IMG/VR virus record: IMGVR_UViG_3300042298_001940
DNA: 20,000 nucleotides
Strand: one strand, 5' to 3'
From: an uncultured virus (IMG/VR IMGVR_UViG_3300042298_001940)
Lineage: Duplodnaviria; Heunggongvirae; Uroviricota; Caudoviricetes
Shown: positions 5,883 to 15,677 of the stretch, piece after piece
How positions within the stretch are numbered: position 1 is the first letter of the stretch
Layout: each line of letters opens with the position of its first letter
Notes under the pieces: model-generated
The model's input: only the letters and a program-made list of their open reading frames with translations
The model's database searches: none
What the model was told of the DNA's origin: nothing
Position numbers and translations under genes: made by a program

Positions 5883-7566
5883 AAGATGTCCAAAATGTGC
5901 GGCTAATGGAGGCGACACATCTGGTGACAACCTAAAGGTATATGACGATGGTCATGCGTATTGTTTTGCTTGCAATTTTTATGTGAAAGGAAACCAACCA
6001 ACCATGGTTGAAGAAACTAGCTCGGTGTTCGCTACGGAGTCATTTAGACAAGGAACCATCAAGGAGTTGCCGCATAGGCGGATTACAGAAGACACGGCCA
6101 AGCATTACGGCTATGCCACTGGAATCAATAACTCCGAGATTGAAAACTTCTATGGACCAGACGGAAAGATCCAAGCCCAGCATATTCGTTATGATGGCAA
6201 GAAGTTTGCGTGGATCGGAAACACAGACAATCTTCCGTTGTTTGGTCAGCATCTTTTCAGTGCTGGCGGCAAGCGTCTACTGATTACAGAAGGCGCGATT
6301 GACTGCTTGACAATGTCTCAGGTGTTTGGCAACAAGTACCCAGTTGTGTCGATCCCCAATGGAGTAAGCTCTGCTGTTCGTGCAATCAAGGACAACTACG
6401 AGTTTGTCTCTTCCTTTGAGACAATCGTTCTCTGCTTTGACATGGACGATCCTGGTCAAAAGGCTGTTCGGGATGTGGCTGAGATCCTTCCTGCTGGCAA
6501 GGTAAAGATCATGTCCCTGCCGCGAAAGGATCCAAATGAGATGCTTGTACACGCGGAGCAGACCGCCCTTGTTCAGGCATACTGGAATGCAAAAGGCTAC
6601 AGTCCAGACTCCATTCTCCATGTGAGTGAAATCGTTGGCTCGGAGAACACGGAAAAGAATCTTGATGTCTTCGAGTATCCTTGGGATAGCCTGACTACAT
6701 TCATGATCGGGCAGGATAAGCGGCGGCTTAATCTTTGGACAAGCGCCACGGGTCACGGCAAGTCCACTATCATCAGAGAGCTTGTGTCCGATCACCTCAA
6801 TGCTGGTCGTGCCGTAGGTGGCGTCTTCCTTGAAGAGTCCCCAGAACAAACCGTAGACGACCTTATCTCCCTTAAGATCGGCAAGCCAGTGTCAAAGATC
6901 AAAGCCCAGCGAATCCTCAATGAACTCAGGTCAAAGAAAGGCAAGAGCCTGATTGACGAGGTAAACGACACGCTAACCGAAGAAGAATACAACACTGCCA
7001 AGGCAGAAATTAGTTCCAAACCACTGTATCTATATGACCACATCGGCAATGCAAACATTAACAACATCATCAACAGGCTTGAGTACATGGCTATGGGTCT
7101 TGATTGTCAGGTCATTTTCCTTGATCACATCACCCTTCTTGGCAATATGCTGCTGTCCAGTGGATCTGATTTTGGTAATGATGAGCGTCTGGTTCTTGAC
7201 TCTGTCATGAAGAAACTAAGAGAGATCATCGAAAGAACCAATGTAACAATCCATGTGATTGCCCATATCAAGAAGACCGATAAGAATGTTGACGAGGGTG
7301 ATCGAATCTCCCTCAGTGATCTTCGTGGTTCTGGTTCTCTTGGTCAGATCTCAGACAATGTGTTTGCCCTTGAGCGCAATGCCCAGCACCCAGACCCGTT
7401 GATCAGAAACACAACCAACCTAAGGTGTCTTAAGAATCGTCGTGGTGGCCGAAGAGGCATCGCTTCTGCCCTATGGTATAACGAGCAGACCAGCAAGCTT
7501 GTCGAGGTGCCGTTTACCATTACCCCTGAAAACGAAGTATTGTACAGACACGAACTTGTAATGTAA
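5857..7566 (+). CDS. T7 gp4-like DNA primase-helicase
   Basis: Zn ribbon CPKC...YCFAC; TOPRIM ITEGAIDC and FDMDDPG; SF4 helicase Walker A SATGHGKST, FLDHI, DLRGSGSLGQISD and KNR. Confidence 0.95.
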   Translation: MTSRVTTSKRCPKCAANGGDTSGDNLKVYDDGHAYCFACNFYVKGNQPTMVEETSSVFATESFRQGTIKELPHRRITEDTAKHYGYATGINNSEIENFYGPDGKIQAQHIRYDGKKFAWIGNTDNLPLFGQHLFSAGGKRLLITEGAIDCLTMSQVFGNKYPVVSIPNGVSSAVRAIKDNYEFVSSFETIVLCFDMDDPGQKAVRDVAEILPAGKVKIMSLPRKDPNEMLVHAEQTALVQAYWNAKGYSPDSILHVSEIVGSENTEKNLDVFEYPWDSLTTFMIGQDKRRLNLWTSATGHGKSTIIRELVSDHLNAGRAVGGVFLEESPEQTVDDLISLKIGKPVSKIKAQRILNELRSKKGKSLIDEVNDTLTEEEYNTAKAEISSKPLYLYDHIGNANINNIINRLEYMAMGLDCQVIFLDHITLLGNMLLSSGSDFGNDERLVLDSVMKKLREIIERTNVTIHVIAHIKKTDKNVDEGDRISLSDLRGSGSLGQISDNVFALERNAQHPDPLIRNTTNLRCLKNRRGGRRGIASALWYNEQTSKLVEVPFTITPENEVLYRHELVM

Positions 7567-7575
7567 GGAAACTGG

Positions 7576-9291
7576 ATGAAAACATATGCCTTTGACATAG
7601 AAGCCAATGGCCTTCATGAAATCATCAAGGACAAGAAAGGCTATAAAAAGGAATTTGACACCATCTGGTGTCTTTCTCTTGTCGATGTAGACACGGGAGA
7701 ATCCCTGTTGTTTGAACGAGACAACATCTCCTATGGTGTGAAGATTCTAGAGGAAGCCGATATCATTGTCGGTCATAACATCTATGGATTTGATCTTCCT
7801 GCGCTGATTAGGAAGTTCAACCTAAAGATCAAGGATCCATTCACAAATGTAGTCGATACCCTTATCCTCAGCCGTCTTATCTATGGAGATGATCCGCCAA
7901 CCAAGGATAATAGCCATTCATTGGAAGCCTGGGGTGAGTTTCTTGGGAACAAGAAGGACAATTACACCAATGGATGGGATGAATACACCAATGAAATGGG
8001 TAACTATTGCGTCCAGGATTCAAGGGTAACCAAAGATCTATATCATTTCTTGGTGAAGGAAGCAAAGAAAAAAAACCTAAGCCAGCAAGCAATGCGTCTT
8101 GAACATGTCGTTGCAAACATAGTAATGGGTCAGGTCGAGAATGGATTTGCCTTTGATGTGGATGCGGCTGAAAAGCTAGTCATGGAGTTACAGTATGAGA
8201 TTTGTAAGATCAACGACGAAATGCAAAAAACATTCCAACCAATCGTCACTCCTCGATATCATAAGACAACTGGAAAACCCCTCAAGGACAAAATCGAAGT
8301 CTTCAACCCAGGAAGTAGACAACAAATTGCAAAGAGGTTGTTTGAAAAGTATGGGTGGGAAGCAACCGAGACCGAAAAGGGAAACCCAAAAGTCGATTAT
8401 GAGGTTCTATCTAAGCTAGAGTTTCCAGAAGCAAAGATCCTTTGCGAGTATTTCGACAAGGAAAAACTCAAGTCTCAGGTGGAAGACTGGATCAATAGAG
8501 CCAATCTTTCTAGAGATAGTCGTGTCCATGGTCTTGTAAACACTCTGGGTGCCGTAACTGGTCGCATGTCCGCAAGAGAACCAAACCTACAGAATGTCCA
8601 TTCGGATCCAAGAGCAAGGGCTTGTTTTGTCGCAAGCAAAGGAAAGAAAATCGTAGGTGCAGACCTAAAGGGTCTGGAACTACGGATGCTTGCCCATTAT
8701 CTATTCCAATACGATGGTGGTACATATGTCAAGGAAGTAACCCAAGGCGATGTACATGTCCTTAACCAGAAAGCCATGGGCGTTGATTCTAGAAACACAG
8801 CAAAGACAGGCATCTATTGCTATCTGTACGGTGGTGGCGATGCCAAGTTTGCCAAGACAATCAGTGTATCTGAACACAAGGCACGAAAAGTCAAGGAAAA
8901 CCTGACAAACAACATCGTCGGATTAAAGAAAGTGGTTGAAAACTGCAAGTTTGATGCCATTGCAAACGGCTTTGTAAGGCCGTTTGACTGGAGACCCGTA
9001 TATGTAAGAAAGCAACACGCTGCCTTGAACACTTTGCTGCAATCTTCTGGTGCTCATATTGCAAAGGCGTGGTTGTGCATTGCCGATACAAATCTAAGAA
9101 ATTCAAAACTACCTTATAGATGGTTGGCAAATGTTCATGACGAAGTTCAGGTAGAGACTGATTCAGAACACGCGGAAGAAATCGGTAAGATTATCTGCAA
9201 GGCTGCTACAATTGCTGGTGAATACTTCAAGTGTAGCTGCCCCATCGAAGCAGAATACAAAGTAGGAAACAACTGGTCGGAGACACACTAA
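7576..9291 (+). CDS. Family A DNA polymerase with 3'-5' exonuclease (T7 gp5-like)
   Basis: ExoI FDIE, ExoII GHNIYGFD, ExoIII YCVQD; TGRMS..PNLQN; motif A DLKGLELR, motif B RNTAKTGIYCYLYG, motif C VHDE. Confidence 0.96.
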   Translation: MKTYAFDIEANGLHEIIKDKKGYKKEFDTIWCLSLVDVDTGESLLFERDNISYGVKILEEADIIVGHNIYGFDLPALIRKFNLKIKDPFTNVVDTLILSRLIYGDDPPTKDNSHSLEAWGEFLGNKKDNYTNGWDEYTNEMGNYCVQDSRVTKDLYHFLVKEAKKKNLSQQAMRLEHVVANIVMGQVENGFAFDVDAAEKLVMELQYEICKINDEMQKTFQPIVTPRYHKTTGKPLKDKIEVFNPGSRQQIAKRLFEKYGWEATETEKGNPKVDYEVLSKLEFPEAKILCEYFDKEKLKSQVEDWINRANLSRDSRVHGLVNTLGAVTGRMSAREPNLQNVHSDPRARACFVASKGKKIVGADLKGLELRMLAHYLFQYDGGTYVKEVTQGDVHVLNQKAMGVDSRNTAKTGIYCYLYGGGDAKFAKTISVSEHKARKVKENLTNNIVGLKKVVENCKFDAIANGFVRPFDWRPVYVRKQHAALNTLLQSSGAHIAKAWLCIADTNLRNSKLPYRWLANVHDEVQVETDSEHAEEIGKIICKAATIAGEYFKCSCPIEAEYKVGNNWSETH

Positions 9292-9512
9292 TGCCAAGAG
9301 ATTACAAAGATGAGTACAAGAAGTTCCAATCCTCGGAAAAATCAAAGAAAGACCGAGCGCACCGTAACAAGGTTCGCCGCGAAGCCCTGAGAAAAGGTCG
9401 TGTAAAGAAAGGTGATGGCAAAGACATCGATCACAAAGATGGAAATCCTAGAAACAATAGTAGATCTAATCTTCGTGTAGTTTCCAAGTCAACCAACAGG
9501 GCAAAGAGATGA
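9291..9512 (+). CDS. Small basic HNH-motif protein
   Basis: DIDHKDGNPRNNSRSNLRVVSKSTNR. Confidence 0.75.
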   Translation: MPRDYKDEYKKFQSSEKSKKDRAHRNKVRREALRKGRVKKGDGKDIDHKDGNPRNNSRSNLRVVSKSTNRAKR

Positions 9513-9721
9513 ACTCTGTTTTGTTTATGAAACAGATAACCGACTTTATAGCAAAGCATTCGGACCATCCAATGATTGTTGAGTACAATAAAGGTAACAT
9601 TGGACTTGGGTATATCATTAGAAACTGGGACAAACTACAAAATGAGACTAATTCAAATCTCTGGGATTGGAAGAGTTGGGAAAACAACCCTAGCTCATAT
9701 GGTGTGCAAAGAAGCATTTGA
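9509..9721 (+). CDS. Hypothetical protein (3' end overlaps the kinase gene by 80 nt)
   Basis: ATGA overlap with the HNH stop; fills the gap before the kinase start. Confidence 0.5.
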   Translation: MNSVLFMKQITDFIAKHSDHPMIVEYNKGNIGLGYIIRNWDKLQNETNSNLWDWKSWENNPSSYGVQRSI

Positions 9722-10283
9722 ACTTGGATATAGACCAGTCATTATTCCTTTTGCGGATGCGATTAAGAAAGCCGCTGCCAAAAAAGGATTAACCAAGGAA
9801 TCCAATAGCGAAGAGTACAGAAAGTTTTGCCAGAAGATTGGGGCTAGCAAGAGAAAGAAAAACCCAGATCACTGGGTGGATGAAACGGAAAAGGCAATCC
9901 TTGAGTACATGGAAAAGGAAGTAAACAATAAACGCAAACTGCTCACTAACTGGGAGTATGTTATCGTGCAGGACGATGTTCGATACATGAACGAACTTGC
10001 CTTTGGCCGCAAGCTAGCCGCTATCCAGTTGTTTATCTATGCTGGTGATCGGAAAATACCAGAACACGACGCAGAATGGAGAACACATGAATCGGAAACC
10101 CTGGCTAACCAAGTGTCGGCTTTTATGGGCATGGCTAACTCTGAGTACGACGATCTTTATGATGCCGTTTTGTACAACTCGGGAACAATAAAGGACCTTG
10201 AGGAAATGGTCAAGAACAATGTTCAGGACTGGCTTAATTCGTCTTGGATCGAACTAGAGGAAGACAATGGAAGCAATACTTGA
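9642..10283 (+). CDS. Deoxynucleoside monophosphate kinase (P-loop)
   Basis: Start taken as ATG 9642 (MRLIQISGIGRVGKTT). FADAIK, DDVRYMNE and HESE motifs of phage dNMP kinases. Confidence 0.8.
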   Translation: MRLIQISGIGRVGKTTLAHMVCKEAFELGYRPVIIPFADAIKKAAAKKGLTKESNSEEYRKFCQKIGASKRKKNPDHWVDETEKAILEYMEKEVNNKRKLLTNWEYVIVQDDVRYMNELAFGRKLAAIQLFIYAGDRKIPEHDAEWRTHESETLANQVSAFMGMANSEYDDLYDAVLYNSGTIKDLEEMVKNNVQDWLNSSWIELEEDNGSNT

Positions 10284-11043
10284 CGGAGATATCATAGCCT
10301 ATAGGGCTGCGTTCTGGGCTGATGTGGAGGGTGTTGACGAGCTGCCCCACAGGATCAAGAAAGACATAGAACTATGGACACCCAAGGGTTCTACAAATGT
10401 TATTGTTGCCATGTCTTGTCCTCGTTCCGATAACTTTAGGCGAGACTTCTGGCCTAGATACAAGCAGCACAGGGATGACTTTAAATCCCCAGACTCCATG
10501 AAGGTTGCCCTAGAGTGCATTTACAACACCTGCACAACACGTTGTGTTGCCAGACTGGAGGCGGATGACCTTATTGGCATGCTTGTCAGCTCTGGCAGGG
10601 CAATTGGCGTGACGGTTGACAAAGACCTTAGGCAGATTCCTGGGATTCATTGGAACCCAGATAAGGAACCAGAGCCTGTTACAATATCCCAAGAAGACGC
10701 TGATTTTTACTTTTATCAACAGTGGATGACTGGGGATACTACCGATAACATCTGGGGTTTGTGGAAGATTGGTCCAGCTAAGGCCAAAAAACTTCTTATG
10801 CTAAAGCCAAGAGAAGCTTGGGATTCAATTATCATGGCAATGTACCAGGACGAAGACTGGTCCAAAAGACCAGAAGAAAAGCGTCCATTGGAAATGTACA
10901 GGGAAGAGTTTGCCCTGTCCCAAGCACGGTGCGTAAGAATTCTAAGGAATGGGGATTACAACAAAGAAACAGGGGAGATTAAGTTATGGACCCCTAATAA
11001 CAATGTAATTAGAGACATTTTGGAGAACAAGGATGAGCAATAA
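10267..11043 (+). CDS. 5'-3' exonuclease, T7 gp6-like
   Basis: LDGDIIAY, NFR..Y K..R, EADD, DKDLRQIPG, GDTTDN and IGPAKA. Confidence 0.92.
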   Translation: MEAILDGDIIAYRAAFWADVEGVDELPHRIKKDIELWTPKGSTNVIVAMSCPRSDNFRRDFWPRYKQHRDDFKSPDSMKVALECIYNTCTTRCVARLEADDLIGMLVSSGRAIGVTVDKDLRQIPGIHWNPDKEPEPVTISQEDADFYFYQQWMTGDTTDNIWGLWKIGPAKAKKLLMLKPREAWDSIIMAMYQDEDWSKRPEEKRPLEMYREEFALSQARCVRILRNGDYNKETGEIKLWTPNNNVIRDILENKDEQ

Positions 11044-12946
11044 ACTACTAAATGAAGTCGTGGCGGTCGATAAGTATTGCAGGTGGCGGGATGACCTAGG
11101 TCGAAGAGAGACCTGGCATGAGGCCGTTGACCGTTATTTTGGTTATTTAATCAATAGGTTTAACCTTAAGAAACTACCTGTTGAAGCTCAGAAAGCCCTG
11201 CATGATGCCAGAAATCTTATGTACAACAAGGAGATTTTTGGTTCCATGCGGGCACTCTGGTCTGCTGGTCCAGCCCTTGACCGTGACGATGTGTGTGCCT
11301 ATAACTGTGCTTACATGCCAACCAAGTCATTCCTAGACTTTCAGTGCGCCATGTACATTCTTTCCTGCGGTACTGGTAATGGTTTCTCGGTAGAGGGTAA
11401 GTATGTCTATCAGCTACCAGACCTACCCAAGCACCTGGATTATTCTGGTGTTATTGTAGTAGAAGACTCCAAGGAAGGATGGGCTGGCGCTCTTCGTCAG
11501 TTCTTGGATAGCGTATTCAACGGTGTCGTGCCTGTCGTAGATGCTTCTAAAGTTCGTCCCAAGGGAGCAAGACTAAAGACATTTGGCGGCAGAGCCAGTG
11601 GTCCTGAGCCATTTATCAGGCTTATTGATTTCATTACTAAGACCGTAGAAAGAGAAATGAAAGAAGGACATACCAAGCTTACCCGTGTAAGCGCCCATAA
11701 AATTCACTGCATGATTGCAGATGTTATCGTATGTGGTGGTGTCCGTAGGTCTGCCGAGATTTCTCTCAGTGATCTTGAAGATGATCAGATGGCTGCGGTA
11801 AAGTCTGGTAACTGGTGTGACAAGGAGTTGTTCTTGTCCAACAGCAACAACTCGGCTGTCTACGAGCAGAAGCCCAGCATGTCTACCTTCCTCAAGGAGT
11901 GGTCTTCGTTGTACAATTCATTCAGCGGAGAGCGTGGTATCTGCAACCGTCAGGCCATGAAGACAATTGCCAAGGCAGTTGGTCGTGATGACTCGTATGA
12001 TTTTGGTACAAACCCATGCAGCGAGATCATCCTACGTCCTTATCAGTTCTGCAATCTTTCTACAATTGTAGTCAGAGAAGACGATACCCCTGTTACCTTG
12101 ATCAAAAAGATCACGGCAGCCACCATCCTTGGTACTCTCCAGAGTGCAATGACAAACTTCACATATTTTGAAAAGATCGGGGCAACGGACTGGAAGAAAA
12201 ACTGTGAAGAAGAACGTCTACTTGGCGTGTCCATGACTGGTATTTTTTCCAACAATCTAATGAATGGTGGTCATGGTGCAGAGGAATTGCAAAAGATTCT
12301 TACAGCACTGAGATCGGTTACAAAAGTTGTGAACGCGGAGTGGGCCGAATACATCGGGATCAACCCATCCAAGTCAATCACCTGTGTCAAGCCAGAAGGA
12401 ACTACATCCAGTGTTGCTGGGTGTCCGTCTGGCATCCACCCAGAGTACGCTCCTTACTTTATTCGTCGCGTTCAGTTCAGCAAGAACGAACCAATTACCC
12501 AGTTCTTGATGGATCAGAACGTACCATGGGAAACCTTGAATGGCAAGCCAGATATGGTTGTCTTTGAGTTTCCCTGCAAGGGTCAAGGTGTCACGGCAGA
12601 CCAAGTCGATGCCATCGGTCAGCTCAACCTGTGGCTTGCATACCAGCTTTGGTACTGCGACCACAAACCAAGCATCACCGTTTACTATAGAGACAACGAG
12701 TTTATGCGGGTCGGTGACTGGGTCTGGAATCATTGGGATCTTGTTTCTGGTGTTGCATTCCTGCCAAAGGATGACAATGTCTATACGCAAACTCCCTTTG
12801 AAAAAATCTCGGAAGAAAGGTATAACGAGCTCATGACGAAGATGCCAAAGGAAATCAATTGGAGTCTTTTGTCTTTGTATGAGGTAGAAGACAATACCAC
12901 TGGATCTCAAGAATTCGCCTGTGTTGGGGATTCCTGTAAAATCTAG
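11033..12946 (+). CDS. nrdJ: Class II (adenosylcobalamin-dependent) ribonucleotide reductase
   Basis: RRETW, SMRAL, YNCAY, GGRASGPEP, GGVRRSA, GTNPCSEI, FCNLS, ERLLGVS, TCVKP, C-terminal CxxxxC (CVGDSC); no adjacent beta subunit. Confidence 0.9.
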   Translation: MSNKLLNEVVAVDKYCRWRDDLGRRETWHEAVDRYFGYLINRFNLKKLPVEAQKALHDARNLMYNKEIFGSMRALWSAGPALDRDDVCAYNCAYMPTKSFLDFQCAMYILSCGTGNGFSVEGKYVYQLPDLPKHLDYSGVIVVEDSKEGWAGALRQFLDSVFNGVVPVVDASKVRPKGARLKTFGGRASGPEPFIRLIDFITKTVEREMKEGHTKLTRVSAHKIHCMIADVIVCGGVRRSAEISLSDLEDDQMAAVKSGNWCDKELFLSNSNNSAVYEQKPSMSTFLKEWSSLYNSFSGERGICNRQAMKTIAKAVGRDDSYDFGTNPCSEIILRPYQFCNLSTIVVREDDTPVTLIKKITAATILGTLQSAMTNFTYFEKIGATDWKKNCEEERLLGVSMTGIFSNNLMNGGHGAEELQKILTALRSVTKVVNAEWAEYIGINPSKSITCVKPEGTTSSVAGCPSGIHPEYAPYFIRRVQFSKNEPITQFLMDQNVPWETLNGKPDMVVFEFPCKGQGVTADQVDAIGQLNLWLAYQLWYCDHKPSITVYYRDNEFMRVGDWVWNHWDLVSGVAFLPKDDNVYTQTPFEKISEERYNELMTKMPKEINWSLLSLYEVEDNTTGSQEFACVGDSCKI

Positions 12947-12954
12947 GAGTCGCC

Positions 12955-13167
12955 ATGTCTCAGTACTTTATTGAAACAGAGTATGATCTTGATCTTGTCA
13001 CGGCAGAGACAATCAAGCTTATCAAGCTCAACCACACTACCGTCAACATCGGTTTTCACAACAAAAAGATGGTCAAGATTTTTTTAGACAACCTAAATGC
13101 AACACTGGAAGAACAACAGGTTGAAAAGAACAAGAAAGTAAATATCAACATTTCGGTAATCACATGA
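12955..13167 (+). CDS. Hypothetical protein
   Basis: SD AGGAG; ATGA overlap with the next ORF. Confidence 0.65.
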   Translation: MSQYFIETEYDLDLVTAETIKLIKLNHTTVNIGFHNKKMVKIFLDNLNATLEEQQVEKNKKVNINISVIT

Positions 13168-13421
13168 ACAGACTAGAAATACTCTTAGCCCGATTAAAGA
13201 ACAACCAGATCCTTGATCCAGACCTTAAACTAGCACTTAGTATTATTCTAAAGGACAGATTGCATGGCATTGATGATCACAAAGGAACTCCTGGAATACC
13301 TGACAAAACTGATAACGCTGAATCCATCGGACCTAAAGTTAAAGGACTACGAAAGGGGATTCAAGGCAGGGCAGATAGAGGTGGTGGAGAAGATCAAGGC
13401 ACTTTACGAGAAGGAGAATAA
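13164..13421 (+). CDS. Hypothetical protein; C-terminal 158 nt overlap the next gene
   Basis: ATGA-coupled start. The first ~33 aa look helical; the remainder looks like off-frame sequence. Confidence 0.45.
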   Translation: MNRLEILLARLKNNQILDPDLKLALSIILKDRLHGIDDHKGTPGIPDKTDNAESIGPKVKGLRKGIQGRADRGGGEDQGTLREGE

Positions 13422-13434
13422 ACATGGGAGGTAA
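13264..13434 (+). CDS. T7 gp6.5-like small protein, 56 aa (MALMITKELLEYL...GFKAGQIEVVEKI); not in ORF track
   Basis: Translated by hand. SD AAGGA upstream; ITKELLEYL...AGQxxVV pattern and position two genes before the portal. Confidence 0.7.
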   Translation: MALMITKELLEYLTKLITLNPSDLKLKDYERGFKAGQIEVVEKIKALYEKENKHGR

Positions 13435-13780
13435 AGCACCTAAGGGACCAACGCAAGCTGAAATGGATGCCCAGATGCGTCGAAACGAAGAGTTTCAGAT
13501 GCGTCAGTTTAACCTACAGCAGCAGTACCAGCTAGAAGCAGAACAAAGAATGAGAGACGAACGGGAAAGACTAAGGATTTCTGAAGAACTGTCAAGACAG
13601 AGAGCAGCTGAAGAAAAGAGAGTAAGGCTGACCCGTGAAGAACAGCAAGAAACCGCGATGTTCCAGGAAATGACTGCTCAAAGCAAAAAGCCAACCAGCG
13701 ATGAGTTCGGTGGTGGATCTAACCTTGCAATGCCTACAATTGAAAGACCTGGTTACGAGACCGAAAACAGACCAATCTAA
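13424..13780 (+). CDS. Putative virion/assembly protein (gp6.7/7.3 position), Q/E/R-rich coiled coil
   Basis: MGGKAPK start, SD AAGGAG, immediately upstream of the portal. Confidence 0.6.
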   Translation: MGGKAPKGPTQAEMDAQMRRNEEFQMRQFNLQQQYQLEAEQRMRDERERLRISEELSRQRAAEEKRVRLTREEQQETAMFQEMTAQSKKPTSDEFGGGSNLAMPTIERPGYETENRPI

Positions 13781-13789
13781 GGAGAGTAC

Positions 13790-15397
13790 ATGAAGTCTGA
13801 AAAAACCATTAAAGAAAGGTGGGAGAAGCTTGATGCAAAAAGAACAACCCGTCTAGACAAAGCACGGGCTTGTTCAGCCATCACCGTCCCAAGCCTGTTG
13901 CCGTACCACTCCATGAGTGGAGAAGACAACCTTATTCAGACTTACTCTTCCGTGCAAAGCAGAGGAGTTACTTCCCTTGCCAGCAAGATCCTAAGTGTTT
14001 TGATTCCACTTAATGACACTCCTTTCTTTTCCTTTGGTCTTAAGAATGGACGGGAACCAACCAATGAAATCAAAGAATACTTGGAAAATCTGTCATTCCA
14101 GGTGTATCGAAAGTTGATGTCAAACAACCTAAGAGAAACCGCTTATTTGGCGATGCAACATGCAATTGTAGTTGGCGATGTTCTTATTGTAATGGAGAAT
14201 GATTTTTCATTCAGGTTGATCAGACTTGATCAGTTTGTTGTTCGCAGGGATGTAAATGGTTCCATAAAAGAATTCATATATCTTGAGTTTATTTCCCCAA
14301 GTAATGAAGAAGATGCAAGTGCCTACGAGTTCATGTCGGGTGAGACAAACCAGCACGGGTACAAAACCGTGTACATCAGAGTCTATCAAACTAGTTCTGG
14401 ACAATGGGCTGTTGAAAAAGAGGTTGACGACAACATAATAGAGGTCGGCTACTATGATGTCTTGCCATATGTTATAATCAGGTGGGCCAGTGTGGCTGGT
14501 GAAGACTATGGTAGATCCCATGTAGAGGATATCTATGCCGATATCAGAACCCTGGAAGCGTATACCAGAGCGGCAACACAAGGTATGGCGGCTGGTTCTA
14601 CTTTCTTTATGGGTGTCAATCCAAGCGGCGTGACCGAAATAGACGACCTTGCTGGTGCTCAGAACGGCACCTGGGTTGCAGCCAGAAAAGAAGACGTCTT
14701 TACCATATCCCCCTCGGATACCATCAATCCCCAGGTTCAGATATCAACAGCCGCCGTTGGTGAAATGAGAAAGGAAGTTGGTCAGGGTTTCTTGCTCCAA
14801 ACCGCAGCAATGCCCACAGGAGATCGTGTAACAGCCACAGCCATCAGAGCCGTTGGCAACGAGCTTGAGACCGTGCTTGGAGGCACCTTTTCTGCCATTG
14901 CCAGGGACTTTATGGTTCCGATCATTAAGAGAACAGTATACCTGATGCTGGAAAACGGTGAAATTGATCAAAAACTAAGTCAGCAGTTTGATGAAAAAGA
15001 CGGTATTTTAAACATTGAGATCCTTACTGGTCTTCAGTCTCTTAGCAGGGAATCGGACATTACCAAGCTTCTTCAAATGGGCGAAATGGTTCGTAATCTA
15101 CCGCCAGAAGCAGCCGCTTCCTTCAAGTGGGAAGAATACGCCAGATCCTTAATTACTTCCCTTGGTTTTGATCCACAAAACTGGGTTCGTAGTCGGGAAG
15201 AAATCGCAGCAGAGCAACAAGCTTTGGCCGCACAGCAACAGAAGATGGAAATGCAGAAAATCTTTGCTCAGAATGCAGCTGGTGCAATGGGTGCTGCTGC
15301 TCAGCAAGACATTATGGCAACGGGTGGACAGAATATCCCACCTGAAATGGCTGAACAAGCAATGCAGATGCTGCAAGGAGGAATGAGTGGCCAGTAA
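13790..15397 (+). CDS. Portal (head-tail connector), T7 gp8-like
   Basis: 535 aa; SVQSRGVTSLASK..L.P..PFF, FVVRRD..G, RW...GEDYGRS, RVTATAIR..ELETVLGG and Q-rich tail. Confidence 0.93.
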   Translation: MKSEKTIKERWEKLDAKRTTRLDKARACSAITVPSLLPYHSMSGEDNLIQTYSSVQSRGVTSLASKILSVLIPLNDTPFFSFGLKNGREPTNEIKEYLENLSFQVYRKLMSNNLRETAYLAMQHAIVVGDVLIVMENDFSFRLIRLDQFVVRRDVNGSIKEFIYLEFISPSNEEDASAYEFMSGETNQHGYKTVYIRVYQTSSGQWAVEKEVDDNIIEVGYYDVLPYVIIRWASVAGEDYGRSHVEDIYADIRTLEAYTRAATQGMAAGSTFFMGVNPSGVTEIDDLAGAQNGTWVAARKEDVFTISPSDTINPQVQISTAAVGEMRKEVGQGFLLQTAAMPTGDRVTATAIRAVGNELETVLGGTFSAIARDFMVPIIKRTVYLMLENGEIDQKLSQQFDEKDGILNIEILTGLQSLSRESDITKLLQMGEMVRNLPPEAAASFKWEEYARSLITSLGFDPQNWVRSREEIAAEQQALAAQQQKMEMQKIFAQNAAGAMGAAAQQDIMATGGQNIPPEMAEQAMQMLQGGMSGQ

Positions 15398-15677
15398 AAA
15401 GAACATGCCTTGTAATAAACCAAGACCCTCCACATCTCCAGGTAAGAAGAAAATGGTTAAAGCCTGTGCCAACGGTCAGGAAAAAATCATTCATTTCGGC
15501 GCTAAGGGATATGGCCATAACTATAGTCCAGAAGCTAGAAAGAGTTTTAGAGCTAGACACAACTGCTCTGGTGCGACAAACAAGTTATCTGCTAGATATT
15601 GGGCTTGTAAAAACTTGTGGGCTGGTCCAGGTGGTTCTAAGCAATCATGCCCTAAAGGCAGGAAATGCAAGGGATGA
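15387..15677 (+). CDS. Small basic Cys-rich phage protein (IHFGAKGY...ARKSFRARH...SARYWAC)
   Basis: GTG start after AAGGAGG; motif resembles a widespread viral family of unknown function. Confidence 0.7.
   Translation: MASKKNMPCNKPRPSTSPGKKKMVKACANGQEKIIHFGAKGYGHNYSPEARKSFRARHNCSGATNKLSARYWACKNLWAGPGGSKQSCPKGRKCKG

Noticed and set aside
5857..12946. Inteins or introns in helicase, polymerase or RNR
   Set aside because: Lengths are compact and motifs are contiguous; no intein termini or frame breaks.
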